DNA of 62,951 nt, the filler included, from Salisapilia sapeloensis CBS 127946 (lineage: Eukaryota; Protista; Oomycota): the NCBI GenBank assembly GCA_023334545.1. It is 9 parts of 9 records of this genome, joined end to end, with 100 filler letters (N's around TTAATTAATTAA, not from the genome) between each part and the next. Parts side by side here need not be neighbours in the genome. Positions count along the whole stretch, not along the records: positions 1 to 17,854 come from JAADVB010000331.1; 8 more parts are not named here. The stretch is one strand, 5' to 3'. Below are positions 1 through 12,821 of the stretch, one piece after another. Within the stretch, counting starts at the first letter, position 1. Each line of letters begins with the position of its first letter. A program made the translations under genes and the position numbers. Below the pieces are notes generated by a model. The model did not search any database and was not told the origin of the DNA. It worked only from the letters and a program-made list of their open reading frames with translations.

Positions 1-4
1 GGAA

Positions 5-623
5 ATGGGTACATCTTCGATACGAAGCGGCGCAGTCGAAGACCTATCAAAGATCGCCGTTATGAGTGCCATCAACCGTCTCCAGCGCTCGGTGAACAAG
101 GTGAAAGCCCTCGGACTACCTGATCCGGCAACACAGAAAGCACTGTCTTTGCTGTTCAATTCTCAGGTGAAGATGGCGTTCACTTGTGGTATCCAGATCC
201 AGGATTTGACGCCGAATGAGGCTCGCGTTGGACTACAAAATCGACTTCGCGTCCAAAATCACATCGGAGGAGTCCACGCATGTGGAATGGCGTTGTTAGC
301 TGAATCCGCAACGGGGATGGTGTTTGGGATGAACGTCCCTGATTCAAGCATTCCTTTAATGAAAAGCATGAAGATTAATTACAAGAAGCGTGCTGAGGGC
401 GATCTTGAAGCTGTGGCATCGCTTTCTCAAGAGCAAGTACGTCCTTTTAAATGTATTTGTTGAATAATATGATTATATCATGATGGTGTACTAGATCGAC
501 GACATTGTGGGTAAAGAAAAAGGAGAGACCTTGGTCAATGTTCAAGTGACTGACTCTTCTGGAGCATCTCCGATCGAATGCGAGATGCTGTGGGCCTGGG
601 TGCCAAAGAAAAAGAATAATTGA
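5..623 (+). CDS. Hotdog-fold thioesterase-like protein (DUF4442/YiiD-C-like), 2 exons
   Basis: ORF 5-463 has the motif QNHIGGVHACGMALLAESATG. A GT-AG intron at 437-494 restores the C-terminus IDDIVGKEKGE...MLWAWVPKKKNN*. The 5' end could extend outside the window. Confidence 0.75.
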
Positions 624-703
624 ATCAACACAACCAATATGGCTTCTACCTTTATCTATTTTCGTACAATACTCTTTGCATTGAAACGGAATTAAAATCT
701 ACC

Positions 704-1176
704 ATGGCAAATCGACCACCGGCAGGAAGACCATCCATTGCTCCTCGAAAGGATGTTGTGAAAAGAAATCCCGCGACATCTAATGTCGAGCGATTCATTA
801 AACGAGAAGATCAGCTCCACGCTGCGAAATCATACACCAAGTCGAATGAAGAGAGCGCAATTCGATCCCAATGGGAAGAAAAGCAGAACCTTCGGTCGAA
901 CAATGGATCTCGTACGCAAAAGACGCAAGAGTAACCTACCGCATGACCTTCTGTACTCTCTCACCTAATGGCTGTTTACAGATTGGAAAGCGAAATGGAC
1001 CTGATGAATCAACAGCTAGTAGCTATACGACACGAACGTCTTGCCAAGTACTATCAAGAGTGCTATGACGAGTATATATCCTTCTTCAGTTGTCATGACA
1101 GCAAATTAACCTTTGGTGTAGATGGGACCAACAACTACAAGCTCGTGGATTAGCACTTATACGTGATCGTGACTAA
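704..1176 (+). CDS. CFAP141: CFAP141/C1orf189-like small cilia/flagella-associated protein, 3 exons
   Basis: Introns 931-981 and 1072-1121 (GT-AG) join three short ORFs. The C-terminus EMDLMNQQLVAIRHERLAKYYQECYDEWDQQLQARGLAL resembles the C1orf189 family as recalled. Confidence 0.55.
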
Positions 1177-1221
1177 GATCGCATACTACTTTCACTTGTA
1201 ATTCCAATAGACACTACTTTT

Positions 1222-3081
1222 CTACTCTTCATTCTCAAGCAAAGAAGCTTTTTGATCTTGCTTCAAGTCGTCTTCCGAGTCATATCCAAAGCAAGTACTC
1301 ACACCTGGGCACGTTGGCATACTTTCACAGCAGCTACTTGTGCTACATCCATACTCCGTGCTCTCTCCCCATGGGTAAAACAGTATCAAATAGAGTAGCA
1401 GCCCAGCATAAAAACTAGCAAATGCAGCGAGCGCAAACCACGCAAGCGGTGACGTATCATCTGGTAAGCTATCTTGTAGGATACGGTAGACGAGAGCATA
1501 GTTGACGCCACAGACGAAGACGGTTCCGACCATCATGAGGACTGCTGTCACGGCTGAATTGGCAAATGCATTCCCCATCAGTCTCTTCTTAGATGTGAAA
1601 GCAAGGAGTGGAATTAATGCAAATGGTAGTTGGACACTTTGTAAGACGTTGAGGAACTCGTTAAAGTGATCACTCTTCGAGTTCTGCTGTTGACTTAGCA
1701 ACGCGACAAAGAGTGCCGGGATCAGTGCCATCCCACGAGTCAGTGCCACTCGCTTCCATGCATCAATGCGTAGGTTCAAGAACCCTTCCATGACGAATTG
1801 GCCTGCATAGGTGCCTGTCATAGTCGATGCTTGTCCTGATGCGAGGAGCCCGACGGCCCAAATGACACGAGCAGCACTCCCGAGGGATGCACTGATGGCT
1901 TCACCTGCATCTGAGAGTCCGATCTCTTGGCAATATCCTGCATTCGGTGCTGTCAAGTGGAACTCCTGTGGCGCATGTGACGTCTTATTCACGTAACAAG
2001 GTTGGCAGCCAGAGATCGAGGATATGTAATCTAGGGACGTGATGCTCGTGTTGGATGGTGTTTGCCACTGGGCGTCAAAAGTACACAAATGGCCTGTTTT
2101 CGAGTCATAGATAGGACTGCCGGATGATAGAGCAGCTTGGACTGGGATGCAAGACGTTTGGATGCCCATGCCAGCAATGTCCGACATGGGGGACACAGAT
2201 AGATCGGCACACTCGGCACTGTAGAAACTACTAGCAAAGGAGCAGACGACAGCGGCATTGATGAGGAAACTTATGAATAACGCTGCTGCGGATTCAATCG
2301 CAAAGTATTTGTTGGCTTCTCTCACTTTTGGATGGTCACTCCTGTCGATTTGACGAGCGTGCACAAGAGCAGAGTGAAGGAAGATGTTGTGTGGCATGAT
2401 GATGGCACCTAGTGTACCGATGGCTTGGGTCAGATCTTGCTCCTTCATCCGAGGTATGAGAATGCCACGAGCAATTTCTACGCCATCCGGGTCGCTCACG
2501 GTGAAATCCAAAAAGAAGCACAGGCACATGACACCAATAAGAGCTAAGAAGAGCATCTCGAGGTAGCGAGACGCTCCATGCTTTTGGTCTGCTCGGTGCA
2601 GGCCCAAGAAAGTGAATGTGTCGAGAGCGGTGAGCAAGCAACCGACCCAAAGAGGTAGACCAAACAGGAGCTTGAATGCAATGGCAGAGCCCAGTACTTC
2701 CTGTACGTCACTACCGATAATCGCAAGCTCGGTCATGACCCACAAGGCCATTGAAACGGGCTTTGGATATTCACGACGGCAGAGTTGAGCCAAGTGATGG
2801 CCTGTGCAAGCGCCTAGTCTAGCTGCAAGAACCTGGAATAGGCATCCAGCGACAGTACTCAGCAGGACAACGTACAAGAGTTCATACTCTGTATAGGCTC
2901 CATTTTGCAAGTCAGCCTCGAGATTGCCTGGATCGAGGTACGCGAGACTCATGAGCCACCCTGGACCCGTGTACGCCCAGAACAGCGTCCATGAGAACAT
3001 TGGGGGTTTAGACTCGGAGCTCTCGTCTTCAAGACCCTCCGTATAGCCCTCTGAATTATCCTCATACGCCTTCCTCATCAT
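1222..3081 (-). CDS. NRAMP (SLC11) divalent metal transporter
   Basis: 619-aa ORF with AYLDPGN, IMPHNIFLHS and the GQASTMTGTYAGQFVMEGF transport motif, plus many TM segments. Confidence 0.95.
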   Translation of the reverse strand: MMRKAYEDNSEGYTEGLEDESSESKPPMFSWTLFWAYTGPGWLMSLAYLDPGNLEADLQNGAYTEYELLYVVLLSTVAGCLFQVLAARLGACTGHHLAQLCRREYPKPVSMALWVMTELAIIGSDVQEVLGSAIAFKLLFGLPLWVGCLLTALDTFTFLGLHRADQKHGASRYLEMLFLALIGVMCLCFFLDFTVSDPDGVEIARGILIPRMKEQDLTQAIGTLGAIIMPHNIFLHSALVHARQIDRSDHPKVREANKYFAIESAAALFISFLINAAVVCSFASSFYSAECADLSVSPMSDIAGMGIQTSCIPVQAALSSGSPIYDSKTGHLCTFDAQWQTPSNTSITSLDYISSISGCQPCYVNKTSHAPQEFHLTAPNAGYCQEIGLSDAGEAISASLGSAARVIWAVGLLASGQASTMTGTYAGQFVMEGFLNLRIDAWKRVALTRGMALIPALFVALLSQQQNSKSDHFNEFLNVLQSVQLPFALIPLLAFTSKKRLMGNAFANSAVTAVLMMVGTVFVCGVNYALVYRILQDSLPDDTSPLAWFALAAFASFYAGLLLYLILFYPWGESTEYGCSTSSCCESMPTCPGVSTCFGYDSEDDLKQDQKASLLENEE

Positions 3082-3404
3082 TTTGTTCTTAAGCGTGTGC
3101 CAGATCGGTCCTCTCTATGCACGATTCTCAGATTACCTCATCTGTACCATTCCAGTACCATCTTCAAGTAGCCTTCGTCTACCCAACCTATCGATAGCAC
3201 AGCGTTTCCAATACGTAGATACGAGTATGCTATTGCTGAGTACCTTCATGCATTCAAAACACTGGTGTATGTGCTAGTTTGGATGCATTTTATAGTAGTA
3301 GTAGATTGCGTTCTGTTTTTGAATTTGACAAAAGCCCAACGCAAAGGACAAGAGCTCTGTATTGTGGTTTTAATGGTCTTCTCCTGGTCGATGGAGAAGA
3401 AAGT

Positions 3405-4393
3405 CTATGTTGCGGGGGAAGCTTGTAGTCGTTTTGCCTCTAGTTTTTCTACAATTTCCTCCTCGAGCTTTCGAATGTCCGCGATCGTCAAGCCAAACCA
3501 TTCGTCGATGAGGCATTGTGCTTGACGCAACGTCGAGTGGAAAAGCTGGCGCTGTTGGTTTAAAATGGCATTTTGTACTTTGGTTTGGACGCCCCAGTAG
3601 TCAAAATTGATACGAACGGACTTGTAGCAAGTCATGACTGGATCCACTTTGCTATCCCACCCAGACGTCAGTGGCCCCCTCCCAGTCTTGGTCGATACAA
3701 ACTACCATCCAATCGTTAAGATCAATCGCTTTTATAAGAAAATGTGATACATGACATACTGTCGAGAGATCATTTCCTTCGTCAATTGGTTCATTCGTCG
3801 GCTTTTGGGCGATATCTAAGCTCTCGACCTTTCGCTTCGAAAGCTCGTTGTTGGACATACCAATCGCGTTTTCAGCAGTGCGGTTACCAGGCAAGTGCAT
3901 TGATTCAATAGCAATGTAAAAGCGGTTTTTCGCCAAATAGCCATTTACGATGACTGTGACGCAGTGTGGGTAGGCATTCCAAGCCTCTTCGATCAAGACC
4001 ATGCTATCCTCTGGACAACTAGAACGTCTTCAGTATCATCGCTGGGTCATCTTCAGGAATACAAATGTACATTTTCGAGACGTAGGAAGGGATCTTGGAT
4101 TTACAGTAGTAGTGCTTTAGCGTATACTGGCCTCTGTTGCGTGGTACAGTCCATTGGGAAATGGGTGAGACGCCCATCTAACGAGTCATGACGTAAGCAA
4201 GATGCATAGATGACAATAAAAGGTAGTATACGTGGCCGTCGGTGTTGTCATAGGGCTCGTTCTTGATGATTTCCACCCCTTCGCCGTCTCCAGTGAGCTT
4301 CTCACTGGCATCCACGACCATGTAAAGCTGTGCGACTTGAAATTCATCCACGCTCATGTGCAGTGGAACTTGGAATTCATGAATCAAGACCAT
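3405..4393 (-). CDS. Phosphatidylinositol transfer protein (IP_trans family), multi-exon
   Basis: ORF pieces [26 protein letters not shown]...[24 protein letters not shown] and [21 protein letters not shown]...[15 protein letters not shown] are diagnostic of PITP. Exon boundaries were not all resolved. Confidence 0.9.
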
Positions 4394-4649
4394 TTTACGC
4401 AAGCTAGTGCAACGAGGGGGAAAATTAAAAGTAGCTCTGAATGCAATCGGTCGATGCACTCGGGGGAGAGGTGGCTAGCAATCTTCCAAGAGCTGCTGAG
4501 CTTAAACACGTCTATAGAATCGTGGATTTCTGTCCGCAGAACCTCTCATTTTCGATATAGACCTGTTTACTTGAATTGTATTGAAAGTATTTATAGTAGT
4601 GAACAAGTAGCTTGTACATTCTTCTTTCCTGAATTTATATGAAAGCAGG

Positions 4650-7362
4650 ATGGAGGATGCCAAGGATTGCCTGCCGTTCAATGATTGCATGAGTTCATGT
4701 CGACGTCTGGTGTCTGGCATTCGAAGTCTCGTCGTGGTAACTTCGTTGCGTCATGAAATTCATCGTGAAATCGTGTGCAAAGCTAGCATGCTGAAAGGCT
4801 TTGAAAAGATATCTCCTCGATCTCAATACCTTCGGTCTTTTCTTGCTAATGGTCAAATTGCATATGCATATTCACTAAATTGTGCTAGACAATATCAGGA
4901 GCATCCAGCATTATTAATTCAGACAACCTGGAGGAGGTGTGTACATGCGTTTGTGTTGTCTATCGACTTATTTTAACTGCTACTTGCTTGGTAAGGTACC
5001 AACGATACCAACGAAAGCTCAAGGAACAAGAATTTATTCGTAAAATTCGTCGCAGTCGAGGTATGAAAACAGTATAAAGGTTGTGAATATCCAAGTTACT
5101 ATAAAGTTACAGGTATGGGAAAGTTTGAGCTCGCAGCAAGAACCATGCAGAGATTGTACCGTGGTCATCGAGTACGCAAGTGCATGTGGGTTCATTGAAT
5201 AATGTACGGACCGAAGGAGTATAAATTGACGACTCGTAGTCAAAACGGAACCTTAGGCGCAATCAGAGTCTTTATATCCAAGATGAAGCGTTTGCACTCG
5301 CTCCGTCTTGAGTATACGACTGAAGTAAGGAAGATATCCGAAGCATTATCTTATAATACAGCAGAGTTGGAGCGAATGCAAGAAGCTGTGGTAGTCACCC
5401 AAGCACATATGGAGAAGGACATGGAGAGTGAAGATGAATTGCTGGATGCTGTGCTTGTAAATGGCGAGCATGTGCGTATGCAAGCAGGAAAGTTGTACGC
5501 TAGACAATGTCAAGACATCGATACTCTCAGGAAAAACTGTGCAAAATTTTGCAGTGCACTAGACGAAATTAAATCTTCTCACCCTGCTGCTCATTTTGCC
5601 GCCACCATTATTCGAGCGAGGTTAATGCTTTGACTTGCATATCGTCGTGATCGTTTCCTACTTATCATTCGTTCATACTTTAGATATCTATCGTTCAAGT
5701 TCACTAAAGCTCGTAAAGAAGCGATTAGAGATCGAAAACGTCAACTCATGAGGTAACCATGTCTATGGATAATTCTTTATGTAACAGAAAGATGACATTG
5801 CTTGCTGCAATAGGAGAATCTTATCAGAGGAAGAATGCTACCAACGAATGAATGAAGCCTTAAATAAACGACTAGGAGCATTACATGAAGAGATGGCGTT
5901 AAAAGTCGTAACACTTTACCATATACGTCGAGCAAAAGCTGTCGCTCAAGGCTATCGTGAAAATCGAGCAGCCAGGACAATAGGATCTTTTTATTTGAAG
6001 ATACGGGCGCGAATGCATGCCAAGCAACGGTGTCGTTGGCTACGCATAAAGCGTGAAGCACGTCGCAAGCGTTACAGTAAGTTACTGCAGGTAGCTCATA
6101 AGGTATGGACAGCATGGAATTGGTTCGTCAAATGTGAAATTGAGAGACGACGAAGAATCCATGATGCGTTGCAGAATGGGCAACTGCAATGGATTCTACG
6201 ATACGTGTTGTACCTTCAGCGATGGATACGGCAAAGTATAATCTTGCGAACAAAGAAAGCAAACTCTCTGACCGATGAACTCCACGTAAGGGTCTTGGAA
6301 ATTGTAGCAGTGGCTAGTGAAAAGCGTACACCTAGGAATAGTACAAAGAAAGACATATATGTCAACTTCTACAAGGCTATTGAATGCGAAATCAAGTCAT
6401 GGCATGAACCGACTCCCTGCATCTATCAGCTAGCTCGAAAGTATCAAATACCTATGGCAATTCTTCCCCAGCAACAAATGTATGAATGGCTTGATACTTC
6501 TTCCCCTTTTCAAGAACGGCAACCGGCGTTCCTAGACGTCGAAAAACCATTTACAAACAGAGCACTAAACCAACTTGGTCTTCTGTCTAGTTGGTTCATG
6601 GCTCATGACCAAGTTGAAAAGGATCAGCAGCTTCTCTGGACAAAATATGAAACTCTGAACTTGGTACGATCCTATCTTCACCAGCTCTTTATCTCGGACA
6701 AAGTACGTTCGTTTCCATCGTTCAAGTCTGTTCTACCCAAGGATGCATCGAAAGCAGCACAAATTTTGTCACGAACGATGAAAAGTGAATATCTGTATTT
6801 AAATGTTCCGGACGATGCTCATGCACACATGAGGTTTCCTTGGCGATATGTTGTCTCGCTTGGAAGTTCAAACGTGAAAGGGAACTTGTTCACCTCGTTT
6901 CATTGTACGTTTAAAGACTTATGCTCAAACTGCTTGATGCTGCGTGCTAACAATGCGATCGCATGCGAACGATGTGATTTTCATCATTATGAAGAATCAA
7001 CAAAGGTTCAACCAAGTCATGCAGATCGGACACAACCACTTCCATCCGAATCTACCATCGAACGATTATTCTGTCCATACGAACGATGTGACCTGCTTGT
7101 CGTCCATGCCTATCTACACGTCATCTGTCCACCAGACAGTGAAGCTCGCATGCTTTACTCCAGCTTCGACTTGTGGGAAGTAGCTCTAGCCCAAGCCTAT
7201 CCAGCTCTATCCCTTCTGTACTCTAAAGGCATCACGACACTAAACGACCTCTTGGAAACTTTAGAATCATCGCCACCATTTCCACCTCAAGTCATGGAGA
7301 AACTATTCGACTTTCACCATGTCCTGACGAACGAATTAAGACGCGTAGAAGTAGAGATTTAA
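4650..7362 (+). CDS. Large multi-exon IQ-motif/coiled-coil hypothetical protein
   Basis: Collinear ORFs 4650-4976, 5202-5633 and 5848-7362 are separated by GT-AG introns. IQ-like motifs ALLIQTTWRR and ARTMQRLYRGHRVR appear after splicing, and there is a CxxC...CxxC pair (CSNC..CERC). Confidence 0.55.
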
Positions 7363-7402
7363 GTAGATTTGAAAAGTGATTGCTCTTATTACACCAGATC
7401 AT

Positions 7403-8087
7403 CTACTTGCGCAATTTCAGCAACAAGGTCTTGTCCTGTTTGACCTTCTTCTGAAGCTGGAGCAGTCCGTAGAGCAAAGCTTCAGCCGTCGGCGGACAGC
7501 CTGGGACGTAAATGTCCACTGGGACAACACGGTCGACACCACGCGTGACGGCATACGAGTAGTGGTAGTATCCACCTCCATTTGCGCAACTGCCCATGGA
7601 GACCACGTACCGCGGCTCTGGCATTTGATCATACACACGACGGAGAGCCGGAGCCATCTTATTCGCGAGGGTTCCAGCGACAATCATGACATCGGCCTGA
7701 CGCGGGGAAGCACGTAGCACGATACCAAATCGCTCGAAATCGTATCGAGGACTGGCGACCTGCATCATTTCAAGCGCACAGCATGCGAGACCGAAGGTCA
7801 TGGGCCACAACGAGCCTTTACGACCCCAATTGACAAGGTCATCAATTTTGCTGACAACGTATTCTATCGTGGCGATTAGTACGGATGCTATAGACGTTCG
7901 TTCTCGAGGACGTACCAACACTGTTGCGAGCAGTCTGATTGCCGCCGATCAGGTCCGAGACGTTGCCGCGCTCGATGAGGTCATCAGCCGACTGGGTTTT
8001 GGCGGGGGCTTCCGTCGCAAAGGAAGCACGGAGGACGGGAGAACGGGTAGCGGCCCGAGCGGCCCCACGGCGAGCGATCTGCAGCAT
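7403..8087 (-). CDS. NDUFS7: NADH:ubiquinone oxidoreductase 20-kDa (PSST) subunit, mitochondrial precursor, 2 exons
   Basis: [20 protein letters not shown] and [10 protein letters not shown] motifs. Intron 7864-7915 (GTACGT...TACTAAT...TAG) joins an Arg/Ala-rich transit peptide starting at ATG 8087, giving 210 aa. Confidence 0.97.
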
Positions 8088-8892
8088 CGTTTTTCGTTGG
8101 TCTCTCACGTCCGCAAATGTCGGATCACCAGAAAAAGTTTCGCAGAGGTTGGTCTTGACTTGGTTTCAGTATGACGCGAAGAATTCGGTAGGATCTGATT
8201 TGAGAAGGTTATTCCTTTTGAAAGGTCATTGTGTTAAATTCAACGGTTCTTTGACCGTCAACAAATGAAGACTTGGGTGGCTACTTTCTGACCCTCGGTA
8301 TGTCTTTACATAGATCAAGAAATTAGATGAGCTACCACTCGCTCGTATTCATGGTTTCTTTTATGATTAAAGATGTATGTGTAGGAGTTTCATTGGTTAT
8401 CTTGATGTTTGCTTTATGGTGTGGATGGCTAGCTTACCGTCAGCTGTGTTTGTGTATTCGAAATGAGCGATTGTATTCTTATTTTTTCCCATTTCCCTGT
8501 CTTCACTGCTAAGTAAAGGACAAGAATACTTTCTTGTAGCAATAGTGTCGATGAACGGTAAGAATGCGATGTATATATACGCGAATGTTTGACGTCACCT
8601 TCGACGACAACAAGTAATTCACGACTGGAACGCGTGCCAAAAACTACTTTTTGATGTATTTAGGGCTACGAATACTTACAGGCTAGGATATGATTCAGTC
8701 ACATGCGAACAAGATTGCGGATTGGGCAGACGACGACTTCTAGACTGGCATGTCATGGCCACAATTACTGCAGTTACCATAAAATGCTTTTGCATGCTAG
8801 ATAAATATCAGCAGATTGAATGTAAACCCATACGATGCGTTCATCCAATTCCAACCAAAGCGTTTACATTGTAATCCTTTCGTTTTAATGCA

Positions 8893-9935
8893 TCAAGGAA
8901 CAAAGCAAGTGACGCATCGAGGCGAGGTAATTGTAGCAATGGCAGTACTTCCGAGCTTCGTACTGGATGATTTTGAAACATCTTGCTTTCCAATGATAAG
9001 GTAGGATGCGTGCTTCTCCCGAATGAATTCCTGTAGGCTTTCGCTGACATTGCAATCCTCAGGTAACGGTATCAAGTGGAAATTGGTACTTGTTGCCTAG
9101 CACACCATTCCATTACGAAGCGAAAGATTATTGTAAATACTCAAGCAAAGCTCACCGACAAGTTGGAAGCAAATGTGTGATAGTAGTCAAATGCACTTGC
9201 GTCATAGTCACCCGAGATCGGAGGCTGGTAGAAATGAACAATTTCAAGCCGATCTGTTGGTTGCATCAATTGTAAGGCCACGTGCAAGCACGAATGGTCT
9301 TTGGGGTTTTCTCCAATTGCAACGACGAACGTATAGCTGGATTGGTCTACCGCATTGATTGGAGTCATAGGTACGACTATAGTCGGAATGGACGCTGATA
9401 GTATCAATTCGCGTGGAATGTGTGCAACCTGTTCGATGGCTGGTCCTCCTTTACCAACAGAGCCTGCGACAAGGAAATGACTCTGAGTTTGTTGAGCTAT
9501 CTCGAGCAGTCTCTGGGAAGTAGGTATTTGAGTAGTTGGATCAGTAGCTGTTTCACAATTAATGTGCACAGCATTGCGAGGTAGCTTGAGTCGATTACAG
9601 TGGGATTCATATTCTACACAGCTCACTGTTAGACTAATACTTTCGATGATGTAATAAAAAATGATGGTGACCCGCTTGTATGAAGTCAGGGGACATAAGA
9701 GGAAGTTGTAGACTTGAACCACTGTCCTCGTCAACATGGACGATATTGATTTTCCCATGTCGACGAAGTCGTACTGTTACTTGGAATGCAACGTAGGATT
9801 GGCCTACGTATATCGTCATAAAATAATGTTTAAGCAGAGCTACACCATATATGGTAAATTCGTACGACTTCCATCTACAGCGACAGTGAAAGATGTTGTC
9901 GGATGGAAACGTGGATTCGCTTCATCGACTATCAT
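8893..9935 (-). CDS. Tandem universal stress protein (USP)-domain protein, multi-exon
   Basis: N-terminal FTVAVDGS. Internal FLVAGSVGKGG...IPTIVVP and FVVAIGE. C-terminal YLIIGKQ...KLGSTAIATI. Two USP-like repeats. Confidence 0.7.
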
Positions 9936-9961
9936 GGGTGTATAGCTCATCAAAAATAAAG

Positions 9962-10388
9962 TTAAATAGCCATTAAATACACAGTGAAGTTACTTGATTG
10001 CAGCTGAAGCAATAACTTGTCAACCACACCTTGCAGGTCGAGGAAGAACCCAAACTCGGTATAGCGTGCGGCAGTCACTGGATCAAAGCTGGCATCTCGA
10101 GTAATACCACACAACTGATAATACCATTGGTTTGATAATTCCTTTGCATCAATTGTTGAAAAAGTCTGTAGCAAATGATCAGGTTCTCCAAGCAATATTT
10201 CATGCAGACTTTTATCTTCCATCGACTCTGTATCATCTGGTCTTGACTACATTTCCATACTCACCAAAACAATATGAAACAATATCGAGAGCATCATGTA
10301 CTTTAATAACATCCAAAAGAAGCTCTGTCAATTGCACACATAGCTGCACACAAGTCGGAGCCTTCTTGCTTAGCATCGCTGACATCAT
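9962..10388 (-). CDS. Small hypothetical protein, 2 exons
   Basis: ATG 10388 exon splices (GTGAGT...ACAG) in frame onto ORF 9962-10222. No family recognised. Confidence 0.35.
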
Positions 10389-10495
10389 GACCGTCGATCT
10401 TGAAGCGTTGCGTCGGTTACCACTTCAAATATCTCTTGTACTCTTGTTGATTTCTTATAAAAGACAACAACTAAAGCACAAGCATACCAAATCTC

Positions 10496-12493
10496 ATGGA
10501 AAATATAGAGGATGAGTGGCCTTCAGAGGCATCGCCTGATGGTGGTGCTACCTTTGATGTCGGTACTAGCCACTACACGAGTACCATGCCTGCCCACAAG
10601 CGCATGCGGAAGCCAATCGTTCGTAAAAGTGTCGATCCGAACGCGACGTTCGTGCGTTTTATTACGCAGCGTCGATTCTTCCCTATTGGCGGTGGCGCAG
10701 GTGGTATGAAGCCACCTCATCTCCCTCCTCATTCATTCTACAAGCGACAGATGCTTCCTCCACTTGCCTACCCAGCCGCAGACGACTTAGCCTCATGCGT
10801 CTGCACTAAATTCTGCCGTTGTTCTACCAATAAGCAAAGATGTCCTGTGAATTGTCTCACGTGGACACCGGAGGGAAGACGTCTTATCACGGGCAACTCG
10901 GTGGGTGAGTTCACACTCTGGAATGGACTCGCGTTTAACTTTGAGACCATCCTACAAGCCCATGACGACGCGGTTCGGGCGATGGTCTGGTCTCATAACG
11001 ACAATTGGCTCGTGACAGCGGACCACGGCGGTGTCATTAAGTACTGGCAGCCGAGTATGACGAATGTCCAGCTACTTCAGGGTCATCGAGAAGCCGTCCG
11101 GTCTCTCAGTTTCGCCCCGACAGACTTTAAGTTCGTCTCGTGCTCAGATGACGCGACGGTCAAGATATGGGACTTTGAGAGTGGACGTGAAGAGCGTGTG
11201 TTGACAGGTCACGGATGGGATGTTAAGTGCGTGGCATATCATCCACAGAAGAGTCTTTTGGCGTCTGGAAGTAAAGATAATTTGGTCAAGTTGTGGGACC
11301 CAAAGTCTGGCAACAGTCTAAATACGCTCCATGGTCATAAGAACACAGTTTTTAAAGTCGCTTGGAACGACAATGGGAACTGGTTGCTCACAGCTAGTCG
11401 AGACCAGTTGATTAAAATCTATGACTTGCGTATGCTACGAGAGATGGCGACACTACGTGGACATGCGAGAGAAGTGACGTCGCTCGCGTGGCATCCGTGG
11501 TACGAAAAGCTGTTTGTAAGCGGATCATACGACGGTTCGCTCATGTATTGGGAAGTCGGGAAAGAAAACGCGCTTGCCTCGATACCGCAGGCGCACGACA
11601 TGGCTGTGTGGGACGTTCAGTGGCATCCCGTCGGCCACGTGCTCGCGAGTGGAAGCAACGACTATAGCACCAAGTTCTGGAGTCGAAACCGGCCTGGAGA
11701 CCCCATGGATGACAAGTACAATGGCGGACAGACGTCGTTGGAAGGAGAAGGGTTTGTGGAGGAGACGGAAGCTCCTGCTCCAGCTCCTGTCAGCAACAAC
11801 GTCCTACCTGGCATGGGTGTCGGCGCTAGCTCTCTTCCGTCCGAAGCACTCTCCAACGTCAATCTCGAGACACTCCAGGCGAAGACACAGGCTGTGGACA
11901 ATAGTAACAAGAGCAGTTTCCATCGTCCGCCACCTGATAACTATACCTGTAATCGATGCGGCACCAAAGGTCATTGGATTGAAGACTGTCCAACGAGAGA
12001 TCAAGGGTACGTTGCGAACAATAATGGACAGAGAAGGATTCCACCGGACGGATACCTTTGTAAGCGGTGCAACATCCCTGGGCACTACATCTCGGACTGC
12101 ACAGAGCCCAAGGTTCCTCCTCCGAACTATACTTGCCACAAGTGTCGTCAAAAAGGACATTGGAAACAAGATTGTCCGTTGGATCCAGCTAATGCAAGTG
12201 CAGGACAGAATGGACCATCGGGTGGACCGTCAGGTGGGCCACCACCTCCGAGAAATGGACCGTTTAATGGGATGCAACCGCCACCGAGGCCGTCGATGGG
12301 AATGGCACCACCGCCACCACAGATGATGAATGCCGGGATGAAGAGAGGACGAGAGGATAATATGCCTCCACCACCAAGGGGCTTTGGGCCACCTGGACGC
12401 ATGCGACCGCCACCGCCACCACACATGATGGAACCACCGAATGGACAGCAGAATCGTAGGCAACAGGGAAACAACTACTACGGTCCACGATAA
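10496..12493 (+). CDS. WDR33: WDR33/Pfs2/FY polyadenylation factor subunit (WD40) with C-terminal CCHC zinc knuckles and Pro/Gly-rich tail
   Basis: KRMRK...RKSVD N-terminus, [22 protein letters not shown], seven WD40 repeats and FWSRNRPGD. Three CX2CX4HX4C knuckles follow. Confidence 0.93.
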   Translation: MENIEDEWPSEASPDGGATFDVGTSHYTSTMPAHKRMRKPIVRKSVDPNATFVRFITQRRFFPIGGGAGGMKPPHLPPHSFYKRQMLPPLAYPAADDLASCVCTKFCRCSTNKQRCPVNCLTWTPEGRRLITGNSVGEFTLWNGLAFNFETILQAHDDAVRAMVWSHNDNWLVTADHGGVIKYWQPSMTNVQLLQGHREAVRSLSFAPTDFKFVSCSDDATVKIWDFESGREERVLTGHGWDVKCVAYHPQKSLLASGSKDNLVKLWDPKSGNSLNTLHGHKNTVFKVAWNDNGNWLLTASRDQLIKIYDLRMLREMATLRGHAREVTSLAWHPWYEKLFVSGSYDGSLMYWEVGKENALASIPQAHDMAVWDVQWHPVGHVLASGSNDYSTKFWSRNRPGDPMDDKYNGGQTSLEGEGFVEETEAPAPAPVSNNVLPGMGVGASSLPSEALSNVNLETLQAKTQAVDNSNKSSFHRPPPDNYTCNRCGTKGHWIEDCPTRDQGYVANNNGQRRIPPDGYLCKRCNIPGHYISDCTEPKVPPPNYTCHKCRQKGHWKQDCPLDPANASAGQNGPSGGPSGGPPPPRNGPFNGMQPPPRPSMGMAPPPPQMMNAGMKRGREDNMPPPPRGFGPPGRMRPPPPPHMMEPPNGQQNRRQQGNNYYGPR

Positions 12494-12821
12494 ACGAAAG
12501 ATAAATGGCAATAGCGCACACCAATATATCAAGTTCTTCCTGGCGTTCGTGTCAGTTGCATCCATGTTAATTTGGAAGGAATCTAGGTTTGATACATGTC
12601 AGGTCTCAGCTGGAGGATATAAAGATAGTGTTTTGTCCTCTGTTCTTGGGACTGTCTTTTACAAGTGGAGGAGGTGACAGTGGTAAGATGATCGGTCTCA
12701 GCACTAGACATTGAAGATTTTTAGACAAAGTTTATGGTAGCTGCTTTTCTCTCCTTTATCATGCCAGTATCCCTTGTGAGATGGCTTCTCTAAGACGAGT
12801 TTGTATTCAAGCACTTGAGCG

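Noticed and set aside
11574-12565. Alternative-frame and antisense ORFs over the WDR33 tail
   Set aside because: By-products of Pro/Gly-rich low-complexity sequence.
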